Shown piece by piece: positions 17,454 to 25,592 of a DNA stretch of 32,000 nucleotides. Every line of letters starts with the position of its first letter. The first letter of the stretch is position 1. The position numbers and the translations under genes are program-made. This stretch comes from Candidatus Nitrospira inopinata (lineage in GTDB: Bacteria; Nitrospirota; Nitrospiria; Nitrospirales; Nitrospiraceae). The stretch is from positions 2,250,001 through 2,282,000 of the forward strand of contig NZ_LN885086.1 in NCBI RefSeq assembly GCF_001458695.1, in the 5' to 3' direction. The notes under the pieces were generated by a model. It did no database searches. It worked only from the letters and a program-made list of their open reading frames with translations, and had not been told where the DNA came from.

Positions 17454-17688
17454 GTATATCTATCCTGATTCGTCGGAATTCTGGTGATCCAAACTGATGC
17501 AGGAATAGCGTCACTTGGCAGGATTCCAGCTCTGTGTTCAAGGGTGGAAGGGAGGGAGAGAATTGAGTACAATGAAGGTTCTTGATCGGGTTACCTCTCA
17601 GAGCAAGGACAAAGGGGATGAAAGGGGATGATGTGTCCATCAGCGTCGGCTCTGTGAGGGGAAAAAGGAATGAAGGAGGAATGGGACC

Positions 17689-18030
17689 ATGCTGGGTACC
17701 GATATTCGCGGCATCATGGCGGAAGAAGAGGAAGTCCAACGCCGGCAAGAGGCTCTGAAGTCGCTGATGATCATGCGAACCAAGAAGTTGCGGGAATCAT
17801 TGGATCAGCGGATCAAGCGAGCCAGGAGTCGCGGTGATTGGATGATGCTTTCCAAAGCGGAGTGCGCGGATCTCCATAAACAGGAGAAGGCCTATCTCCG
17901 TTCTCAGTTGGAACAGTTGCGGTTTGAGCAAAATCGAACGAAAGGAAAACTCACGGCGTTGAAGCGCGCAAAGGCCAGGGCCCAGCGTATTCGCGCTGCC
18001 GAGGCCGAGGCTGAGCGCAGACGGCGCTAA
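17689..18030 (+). CDS. Hypothetical highly charged coiled-coil protein (113 aa)
   Basis: A GAAGGAGGA SD lies 8 nt upstream of the ATG. The composition is Lys/Arg/Glu-rich and heptad-like (LRSQLEQLRFEQNRTKGKLTALKRAKARAQRIRAAEAEAERRRR). I recognise no family. Confidence 0.5.
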   Translation: MLGTDIRGIMAEEEEVQRRQEALKSLMIMRTKKLRESLDQRIKRARSRGDWMMLSKAECADLHKQEKAYLRSQLEQLRFEQNRTKGKLTALKRAKARAQRIRAAEAEAERRRR

Positions 18031-18044
18031 ACGTCGATCATGTC

Positions 18045-18893
18045 TTGGGATGCCACGATGCAGGTCCAGCCAAACGACCGGGGACTCGATCGTTGTCTCT
18101 TCGTACGTTGACTCGTCGCCAAAGCGCATTGATTCGGCGACTGCTCCGTGATGGCAAAACACGCGCAAGGGAAGGCGCCTTCGTAGTGGAAGGGGCCAAA
18201 TCCTGCGAAGAAGCGATACGCCATCGTCCCCAAACGGTCGTAAGCCTGATTCTGTCGCCGCAGTATTTGCACATGGAAGACGATGTGGGACGAACGGCAC
18301 GAGTCGGGCTGACGGTCCCCCAGTTCGTCTGTTCTGACGCGACGTTCGCCACCCTGTCCGACGTGCCTGCGCCCCAAGGCATCATGGCCGTGATTTGCCA
18401 ACCGCGATGGGATGAAACGCGGGTGCTGGAGCAACCGAAACTTATGGGAATCTTTGGGGACCGGCTTCAAGACCCGGCCAACGTCGGAGCTATCATTCGG
18501 ACGGCCGCGGCGCTTGATCTGACGGGAGTGTGGTTGAGTCCGGATTCCGCGGATCCATTCGGTCCCAAAGCCGTTCGCGCGGCCTCCGGCGCGGTCTTGA
18601 GTCTCCCGGTTTTTCGAGAGGCGGACATCCGAGATTTGGCGAGGCATCGTTGCTCGATCTATTCCGCGTTGGTGCCGTCGCCGGACACTGTTTCTCTCCG
18701 AAGTCTCCGAGCCGTTCCCTCCCGTCTGATGATTGCCGTCGGCAACGAGGGGGAGGGGTTGGCGCAAGATATTGTCCGCCTTTCCACCGTCAAGTTCACC
18801 ATTCCGCTCTCCAAAGGGGTTGAATCGCTGAACGTCGCCGCGACGGCGGCGATCGCGGCATTTTATCTGAGCACGCTTCAAGCCAACATATAA
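18045..18893 (+). CDS. TrmH/SpoU-family RNA 2'-O-methyltransferase
   Basis: SpoU motifs are LQDPANVGAIIRTAAA, AVGNEGEGL and IPLSKGVESLNVAATAAIAAFYL. An N-terminal substrate-binding-like segment reads LIRRLLRDGKTRAREGAFVVEG. The track start is a TTG, so the exact start is uncertain. Confidence 0.85.
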   Translation: MGCHDAGPAKRPGTRSLSLRTLTRRQSALIRRLLRDGKTRAREGAFVVEGAKSCEEAIRHRPQTVVSLILSPQYLHMEDDVGRTARVGLTVPQFVCSDATFATLSDVPAPQGIMAVICQPRWDETRVLEQPKLMGIFGDRLQDPANVGAIIRTAAALDLTGVWLSPDSADPFGPKAVRAASGAVLSLPVFREADIRDLARHRCSIYSALVPSPDTVSLRSLRAVPSRLMIAVGNEGEGLAQDIVRLSTVKFTIPLSKGVESLNVAATAAIAAFYLSTLQANI

Positions 18894-19070
18894 CGTTGCG
18901 AATGGAAACAGTGAAAATGAGAGGCAACGCTTCTCCCGGAAGGCCTGGTTATGGCGGTCATTTATTAAGTCGTTACGATCGGGGCGATCGAATCGACAGA
19001 TCGGATCGGCAACGAGGCGGACTCCTCCCGATTCCATTGAAAATCTTGGGCGGTCTCTCTATAGTGCGGC

Positions 19071-20447
19071 ATGGATCGTATGGAAAATGACGATCCACAC
19101 CGTAAAATTGTGTATCCGGTTGCTCGCCGCCCGAGAGGGTCTGCCCATCCTCGTTTAATGGCCATGTTGTTCTTTTTATCGCTGCTGTGGTTTTCCTGTC
19201 TCCCGATCTCTTTGTTTTCCATCACAGAGGAGGAATCCGCGGCGTTTGCCGAATCTCCTCGCGTTTACACGTTGGATACCATCGTCGATCTGGCGTTGGC
19301 CAAGAACCCGCTGGTCTTTTCCGCCGAAGGCCAAATCGAAGCTCAGCGCGGTTTGCAGACGGCGGCCGGCGCCTATCCCAATCCGACGATCGCCGGTTTG
19401 GGCGGGCACGGCATGTTGCGAGACGCGGGTCGCGCCGGTCTCGGCTCATTCTCAGGTCGTGAGTCTCTGACCGAATACAACGTCACGGTCGGCCAACCCT
19501 TTGAGTGGCCCATGATGCGTGAGGCGCGCCAGCGCGTGGCGGACCTTGGGCTTTCGACGGCGAATGCCGGCCTCATGGAGACGCAACTGAATTTACGATC
19601 ACAGGTCAAAGTGGCCTTCTACGGCCTCCTGCTGGCCCGACAGGACGCCGCGCTGGCCAGACAAAACCTGGGAATCGTCGAGGGAGTCGAACGGATCGTC
19701 AAAGCGAGGGTGAAATCGGGCGAGGCGCCGCAGTTTGAGTTGATCAAGGCCGAGGTCGAGGTTCTGAAAGCCCGACAACAGCTCGCGCGCGCGGAGAATG
19801 TCGTCCGGATCAACCGGGTGGTCATGGATACTCTGACGGGCGGGGCGTTGGGAACCGAGTACGACATCGAGGGGGACTTCATGGCGTTCCCTTCCCGCTT
19901 GCGCGTTGAAGAGTTGATGAACCGGATGATGGAGCGCCATCCCACCATCCAACGGCTGATGAAATCGGTCGAACAATCGGATTGGAAGATCGAGTTCGAG
20001 CGGCAAATGCGGATGCCGACCGTCACGGTCAACGGCGGCTTTTGGCGTGAAATGGACAGAGAAGCCTATCAAGGGGGACTGTCGATTCCATTGCCCTTGT
20101 GGTATCGCCGCGAGGGAGAGATCGCTTCGTCGATGGGAACGAAGCGCAGAGAAGAGGCGGAACTGCTGCGGGTGCGCAACGAGTTGACGATGGCGATCCA
20201 CCAACATTACCAGGACGCCAGGACCACGGCCGAACTGATCGAGGTTTTCGACAAGGGATTGCTCAAACAAGCGCAGGAAGCGCTCCGGCTGGCTCAGTTC
20301 AGTTTTCAGCAGGGTGCCTCCAGCCTGCTCGAAGTGTTGGACGCGCAACGAGTGCAGCGACAAATTCAATTGGACTATGCCGAAGCGCGTCACAACCTCT
20401 CGGTTTCACTGGCCAAGCTGGAACAGGCCGTCGGGGGGGGATTTTGA
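19071..20447 (+). CDS. Outer-membrane efflux factor (TolC family; CusC/CzcC-like) of the RND system
   Basis: OEP-family two-repeat coiled architecture is visible: LDTIVDLALAKNP, QIEAQRGLQTAAGAYPNPT and ASSLLEVLDAQRVQRQIQLDYAEARHNL. The more likely start is ATG 19158, which gives the signal peptide MAMLFFLSLLWFSCLPISLFS. Confidence 0.88.
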   Translation: MDRMENDDPHRKIVYPVARRPRGSAHPRLMAMLFFLSLLWFSCLPISLFSITEEESAAFAESPRVYTLDTIVDLALAKNPLVFSAEGQIEAQRGLQTAAGAYPNPTIAGLGGHGMLRDAGRAGLGSFSGRESLTEYNVTVGQPFEWPMMREARQRVADLGLSTANAGLMETQLNLRSQVKVAFYGLLLARQDAALARQNLGIVEGVERIVKARVKSGEAPQFELIKAEVEVLKARQQLARAENVVRINRVVMDTLTGGALGTEYDIEGDFMAFPSRLRVEELMNRMMERHPTIQRLMKSVEQSDWKIEFERQMRMPTVTVNGGFWREMDREAYQGGLSIPLPLWYRREGEIASSMGTKRREEAELLRVRNELTMAIHQHYQDARTTAELIEVFDKGLLKQAQEALRLAQFSFQQGASSLLEVLDAQRVQRQIQLDYAEARHNLSVSLAKLEQAVGGGF

Positions 20448-21691
20448 TGACGGGACGACCCGAACGTGATCTCTTCCGGATGCTGAACCGCGCGGCGGGC
20501 ATGCGCGCACGCTCGTTGCTCTCAGTCGCGTTGGGGGCCGCGCTATGCGGATTGGCGGCATCGGAATGGGGCTGCGAGAAAGCCCAACACGACGCGATCG
20601 CCGACAATCCTCCCAGCGTTTCGACGCCTCCCGGAGTGGTGACCCTGTCGGCCGAGGAGGCGTCTCGCATCGGGCTGGTTGTTCAACCCGTCGCCAAAAG
20701 CGATTTCCGAACCCATCGCGACTTTCCGGGCATCGTGCAGCCCAACCAGCGCAATATGGCCGAAATCACGGCGCTGGTAAGAGGGCGGGTGATCGAGGTA
20801 TACGCGGATCTCGGCCAGGAGGTCAAAGCCAATCAACCGCTGGCCATTTTGTACAGCAGCGAATTAGGACTGGCTCAGTCCGCCTATCTGAAGGCCAAGG
20901 CGAAGTTGAACCTGGCGGAACAGTCGTACTCACGCGCCCAGTTTCTCCTTGAAGAGAAGGTGATCGGCGAGGCGGAGGCCCAGCGGCGGCAGGCAGAGCT
21001 CTTGAGCATCCAGGCGGAAGCCAACGAAGCGCACGATCGGTTGAAGCTGCTTGGGATGACGCCGGAGGAATTTAAGCGATTGGAGCAAAGCAGGGAAATC
21101 CGGTCCGTCGTGCCGATCGTGGCGCCCTTCGCGGGGCGCGTCATCTCCCGCAAGCTGACGCGGGGAGAGGTCGTCGAAACGACCGAGAACCTCTTTGTCA
21201 TCGCGGATCTGTCGGAAGTATGGGTGTTGGCCAATATTCCCGAAAAAGACATCCCCTTCGTGCACGCCGTTCACGCGTCCAAAGGCACCAAGGCGGAGGT
21301 GCGCGTGAACGCCTATCCGGGCGAAGTATTTCATGGCACGATCACCTACGTGGGGGACGTGTTGGACCCCTCGACCCGCACCATGCAACTGCGCATTGAA
21401 TTGCCCAATTCGGACGGGCGATTCAAACCGGAGATGTTCGCGACGGTTCGCCTCTTCTCCGAACCGCAGCTGGATCGCTTGGCCGTGCCGGACGCGGCGT
21501 TGCAGCATGATCAAGGCAAGACGTTCGTCTTCGTCCAGCGCAAAGCGACCGAATACGAAGTGCGAGAAGTCGAAGTCGGCGAGTCCAACGGCGCGCTGAC
21601 GTCGATTCTCGCCGGTCTCGATGAAGGAGAACGGATCGTCACCCACGGCGCCTTTCTGTTGAAGTCCGAGCTGCTGAAAAAACAGGTCTGA
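20447..21691 (+). CDS. RND efflux periplasmic adaptor (membrane fusion protein, CusB/CzcB-like)
   Basis: The start ATG overlaps the upstream stop (TGATG at 20445-20449). The N-terminus has a signal or lipobox-like segment (ALCGLAASEWGC). HlyD/MFP features are ITALVRGRVIEVYADLGQEVKANQPLA, a coiled hairpin, and IVAPFAGRVI. The 348-nt upstream extension in the track ORF overlaps the OMF gene and is rejected. Confidence 0.9.
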   Translation: MTGRPERDLFRMLNRAAGMRARSLLSVALGAALCGLAASEWGCEKAQHDAIADNPPSVSTPPGVVTLSAEEASRIGLVVQPVAKSDFRTHRDFPGIVQPNQRNMAEITALVRGRVIEVYADLGQEVKANQPLAILYSSELGLAQSAYLKAKAKLNLAEQSYSRAQFLLEEKVIGEAEAQRRQAELLSIQAEANEAHDRLKLLGMTPEEFKRLEQSREIRSVVPIVAPFAGRVISRKLTRGEVVETTENLFVIADLSEVWVLANIPEKDIPFVHAVHASKGTKAEVRVNAYPGEVFHGTITYVGDVLDPSTRTMQLRIELPNSDGRFKPEMFATVRLFSEPQLDRLAVPDAALQHDQGKTFVFVQRKATEYEVREVEVGESNGALTSILAGLDEGERIVTHGAFLLKSELLKKQV

Positions 21692-24600
21692 TGGTCTCTC
21701 GTCTTCTCGATGTTTCTCTTCGCCAGCGGCTGCTGATCGTCCTGCTCTCGCTTCTGATCGCCGGCGGAGGGCTCTATGCGTTCAGGACCATTCCCATCGA
21801 CGCGTTTCCGGACGTGACGAGCGTGCTGGTGCAGGTCGTGACCAAAGCGCCCGGTCTCTCGCCCCCCGAGGTCGAACGGTTGGTGACCTATCCGATTGAA
21901 TTGCAACTGACCGGCGTGCCCGCCGTCACCGAGATGCGATCTCTGACGAAAGTGGGGCTCTCGCTGGTGACGATCGTGTTCGACGATTCGATGGACATCA
22001 ATCTCGCGCGCCAACTGGTGCTCGAGCGGCTTCTTGAAGTGGAGGAATTGCTCCCCCCCGGCGCCGAGCCGATGTTGATGCCCAACAGCACGGGACTCGG
22101 CGAGGTGTTTCAATACTATCTGGATGGGCCGAGCAATCCGCCGACGGACGACGCGGAGGAGTATCGACGACTCATCGATCAACGCACGATCCAGGATTGG
22201 GTCATCCGCCCCCTGTTGAAGGGCACGCCCGAGGTGATCGACGTCAATTCGATGGGGGGCTACGTCAAGCAATATCAAGTGCTGGTCGAGCCGGCCATGC
22301 TGCGGAAGTACAACCTCTCGTTGCGCGAAGTATTCGAGGCCGTGGCCAGAAACAACGCCAACGCCGGCGGCAATATTTTGGAGAAACACGCCGAGAAGTA
22401 CATCGTGCGGGGGCGCGGCCTGATCCGTTCGCTTGAGGACATCGAGCGCATCGTCGTCAAAGAAGTCGGGGGGACGCCGGTGTTCGTGGGAGACATCGCC
22501 AACGTCGTGATCGGACACGCCGTGCGCCATGGGGCGACGCTGCTCAACGGCGAGCGCGAAGTCGTGAGCGGAATCGTTCTGATGTTGCGAGGGGGGAACG
22601 CCAGAGACGTGGTGGAAGGCATCAAATCGCGCATCGAGGACATCCATGCCAAGGAGCTGTTGCCGAACGGAATGCGCATCGTGCCGTTCTATGACCGGAT
22701 CGAGCTGATCACCGCCGCGCTGAACACGGTGTACAAGGCTCTCGCCGAAGGCGTGACGCTGGTCGTCGTCGTGTTGTTTCTGTTTCTGGGCAATATTCGC
22801 AGCGCGCTGATCGTCGTGGCCACGTTGATACTCGGTCCGTTGGCTACGTTTATCGTGATGGGGCAGGTCGGATTAACGGCCAATCTCATGTCGCTCGGAG
22901 GCTTGGCCATCGCCATCGGCATGATGGTCGATGGATCGGTCGTGGTGGTGGAAAACGTCTATCGCCACCTGTCGCACCAATCGTCCGCCGGTGTCTCCAA
23001 ATCAGAGCTCATCAGAGAGGCGGTCAAAGAAGTCGGCCAACCGGTGGTGTTCGGCATTCTCATCATCATCGTGGTGTTTCTGCCTCTGCTTTCCCTGCAA
23101 GGGATGGAGGGCAAGATGTTCAAACCCCTTGCCTATACCATCATGATTGCTCTGTTGGTTTCGCTGGTGCTCTCGCTCACGCTCTCTCCGGTCCTCTGCT
23201 CGTTGGCGTTGACACGCGGATCGGAGGACGATCCGTGGATCGTGAGAGCCGCCAAAGGGTTGTATGCTCCGGCGCTGCGATGGGCGCTGGGGCATCGTCT
23301 TGTCGTGGTGACGCTGGCGGTCGGCGCGTTGGTCGGCAGCCTGGTGTTGGTCCCCTTTTTGGGGAGCGAATTCATTCCCATTTTGAACGAAGGAGCCATG
23401 GCCCCCCAAACGATCCGACTGCCGAGCGTGTCGCTGGAAGCCTCCCTTGCCATCGAGAAACGAGCGCAACGGGCGATCATGGAGTTCCCGGAAGTCGAGA
23501 TGGCGGTCTCGAAGATCGGTCGCACGGAGTTAGGCAACGATCCTCAGGAGCCGAACGAGAGCGATCCCGTCGTCAGGCTGCGCCCGCTCGATCAATGGAC
23601 GACGGCGAAGACGATGCCGGAGTTGATGCAGAAGGTCAGAGAACGGCTCTCGCAGGTGACGGGCGCGACGTTTTTGATCAGCCAACCTATCCAACAGCGG
23701 GTGGACGAGTTGATTTCCGGGGTCAGAACCGAGGCGACGGTCAAGTTGTTCGGCGACGACTTGGAGGTGCTCCGAACCAAAGCCGAGGAAATCGCCGCCG
23801 TGCTTGGAACCGTGCGCGGCGTTCGCGACATCAAGGTCGAGCAATTGTTCGGTCAACCCTATCTCACGATAGATATTGATCGTGGCAAGATCGCGCGGCA
23901 TGGGTTGAACGTGGCCGACGTGCGGCAGATCATCACGACGGCGATCGGCGGCGAAGTAGCGACGCGGGTGTTTGAAGGTCAGCAACGCTTCGATCTCGTC
24001 GTTCGATTTCCGGAACAGTATCGGGACGGGATGGAGGCCATCAGCAACATTTTGTTGATGGACCAGACCGGGGCGCTGATTCCCTTGGCGGATCTCGGCA
24101 CGATCAAACTCGAAGAAGGACCGGGTCGGATCAGCAGGGAGCGCCTTCAACGGTATGTTTCGATTGGCTTCAACACGTTGGGCCGCGACATCGGCAGTCT
24201 GGTGGCCGAGGCGCAACGCAAAATCGCGCAGCAAGTCGTGCTTCCCACCGGCTATACGGTGTCATGGGGCGGCTCGTTCGAGAACATGGAGCGGGCCATG
24301 TCAAGGCTGCGCGTCATTGTTCCGGTGACGATCGGGCTGATCTTTTTATTGCTCTATTCGACGTTCGGCTCCCTTCGCCAGGCCGTGCTCATCATTCTCA
24401 ATCTTCCCTTCGCTTTGATCGGCGGAGTGGTGGCGCTGTGGATCACGGGCGAGTATCTGAGCGTGCCGGCGTCCGTCGGGTTCATCAATCTCTTCGGCGT
24501 TGCCGTCTTAAACGGTATCGTGTTGGTGTCGTACATGAACAAGCTCCGTGAAGACGGGTATGGTCTGGACGACGCCGTGATGTCGGGCGCGTTGTTGCGG

Positions 24601-25236
24601 TTGCGGCCCGTGCTGATGACGGCCTTGGTAGCCTTGCTCGGTCTGGTGCCACTGGCTCTGGCGAACGGTATTGGATCGGAAGTGCAGCGTCCGTTGGCGA
24701 TCGTCGTCATTGGAGGTTTGGTCACCTCCACGTTGTTGACGTTGATTCTCTTGCCCGTGCTCTATCGATGGATAGAAAGCCGACCGAGCGAAACCGGTTC
24801 GACTGCACGACGAGAGGCAATGGTCAACCGGCTTGAAACCGGCGCGGTCGTCACTCATGGGGCGGGCAGTGGTGGGACGGTCATGATCGCGATGATCCTC
24901 GGCGCATCGCTGGTGCTTGGAGTCGTCCTGGGTGGAGGGGGAGCAGCAGTGGTGGAAGGCCGGGAAAAGCCGGCAGAGGCAAGAGCCGATCGGGGGAGGA
25001 AGATCTATCTGAAGTACTGTGCCGGCTGCCATGGTGTCGAAGGAAAAGGCGATGGCTACAAGTTGCTAGGTGCCGATCCCGCCGCGTTGGCTGCTCCCTC
25101 GACCCAGAGAAAGTTCGACACGACGTTGCTGAAGACTATTCACGAGGGCAAAGCCGCCATGCCGCCTTGGAACGTTCGCCTCTCCGAGCAAGAAGAGCGG
25201 GACGTGCTCGCCTACATTCGGACGTTGCATCAGTAA
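21691..25236 (+). CDS. Heavy-metal-efflux RND inner-membrane pump (CusA/CzcA family) fused to an extra TM helix and a C-terminal c-type cytochrome domain
   Basis: The start overlaps the MFP stop (TGATG). The RND core runs from MVSRLLDVSLRQRLLIVLLS to LLPVLYRWIE. The TM4 motif is LGGLAIAIGMMVDGSVVVVEN. After about aa 1040 there is a linker. A hydrophobic helix VMIAMILGASLVLGVVLGGGGAAVV follows (nt ~24880-24954). Then comes KIYLKYCAGCHG (CAGCH at nt 25018-25032) ...GKAAMPPW...AYIRTL. The reading frame is continuous with no stop. Confidence 0.9.
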   Translation: MVSRLLDVSLRQRLLIVLLSLLIAGGGLYAFRTIPIDAFPDVTSVLVQVVTKAPGLSPPEVERLVTYPIELQLTGVPAVTEMRSLTKVGLSLVTIVFDDSMDINLARQLVLERLLEVEELLPPGAEPMLMPNSTGLGEVFQYYLDGPSNPPTDDAEEYRRLIDQRTIQDWVIRPLLKGTPEVIDVNSMGGYVKQYQVLVEPAMLRKYNLSLREVFEAVARNNANAGGNILEKHAEKYIVRGRGLIRSLEDIERIVVKEVGGTPVFVGDIANVVIGHAVRHGATLLNGEREVVSGIVLMLRGGNARDVVEGIKSRIEDIHAKELLPNGMRIVPFYDRIELITAALNTVYKALAEGVTLVVVVLFLFLGNIRSALIVVATLILGPLATFIVMGQVGLTANLMSLGGLAIAIGMMVDGSVVVVENVYRHLSHQSSAGVSKSELIREAVKEVGQPVVFGILIIIVVFLPLLSLQGMEGKMFKPLAYTIMIALLVSLVLSLTLSPVLCSLALTRGSEDDPWIVRAAKGLYAPALRWALGHRLVVVTLAVGALVGSLVLVPFLGSEFIPILNEGAMAPQTIRLPSVSLEASLAIEKRAQRAIMEFPEVEMAVSKIGRTELGNDPQEPNESDPVVRLRPLDQWTTAKTMPELMQKVRERLSQVTGATFLISQPIQQRVDELISGVRTEATVKLFGDDLEVLRTKAEEIAAVLGTVRGVRDIKVEQLFGQPYLTIDIDRGKIARHGLNVADVRQIITTAIGGEVATRVFEGQQRFDLVVRFPEQYRDGMEAISNILLMDQTGALIPLADLGTIKLEEGPGRISRERLQRYVSIGFNTLGRDIGSLVAEAQRKIAQQVVLPTGYTVSWGGSFENMERAMSRLRVIVPVTIGLIFLLLYSTFGSLRQAVLIILNLPFALIGGVVALWITGEYLSVPASVGFINLFGVAVLNGIVLVSYMNKLREDGYGLDDAVMSGALLRLRPVLMTALVALLGLVPLALANGIGSEVQRPLAIVVIGGLVTSTLLTLILLPVLYRWIESRPSETGSTARREAMVNRLETGAVVTHGAGSGGTVMIAMILGASLVLGVVLGGGGAAVVEGREKPAEARADRGRKIYLKYCAGCHGVEGKGDGYKLLGADPAALAAPSTQRKFDTTLLKTIHEGKAAMPPWNVRLSEQEERDVLAYIRTLHQ

Positions 25237-25441
25237 TCCTACCTTTTGACGCACCTGACTACAGCGGCTCCTGGGAGCTCCTTTCGTCGCCGGTCGCACT
25301 TTCAAGGCGAGCGGATGTGATGGCGAGAGGACTGATGAGCGGACATATCCTGGAGCTCGATCATGATGGCGGAGGAAGGCTGAGCGATGGCGTGCTTCCC
25401 TCTGGTCTGCCCATAGCTTGAACGGAGGGAGGCGTTGGTGT

Positions 25442-25490
25442 AACATTATGATGTATTGCAAGTCATTTGCATTTGATCAAGCATAACGTT
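25442..25490. promoter_or_regulatory. Nested AT-rich inverted repeats (candidate metalloregulator operator)
   Basis: The outer arms are AACATTATG (25442-25450) and CATAACGTT (25482-25490), complementary at 8 of 9 positions. The inner element is a perfect TGCAA-gtcat-TTGCA (25457-25471). It lies between the RND operon and the downstream ribosomal-paralog cluster. Confidence 0.35.
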
Positions 25491-25592
25491 GCTTCGTCTC
25501 AAAACGACGTCTTCGGGATCGAAAGGATCAGAGAAGTTGGTCGTAGAGCCCTGGCAAGAAGCTGACCGTACGATGAAGAGGCGGGGCGGCCG

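Noticed and set aside
17314-17487. A 57-aa Cys-rich ORF (…CNGCARHCFCLY…) in the AT-rich island.
   Set aside because: It has no SD and AT-biased codons unlike the neighbouring genes, and the terminator hairpin lies inside it. It is more likely non-coding.
17368-17748. A 126-aa minus-strand ORF in the AT-rich island.
   Set aside because: It has no SD and a low-complexity Pro/Ser/Phe-rich product. It overlaps the well-supported start region of the 17689 ORF.
20099-20446. An N-terminal 116-aa extension of the MFP ORF in the track.
   Set aside because: It overlaps the 3' end of the outer-membrane factor gene in another frame. ATG 20447 gives a signal or lipobox-like N-terminus and a TGATG coupling junction.
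25066-25461. A 131-aa minus-strand ORF, and the 84-aa plus-strand ORF 25167-25421, after or overlapping the pump gene.
   Set aside because: Both overlap the cytochrome c coding segment or the untranslated spacer. They have no motifs and poor coding character.
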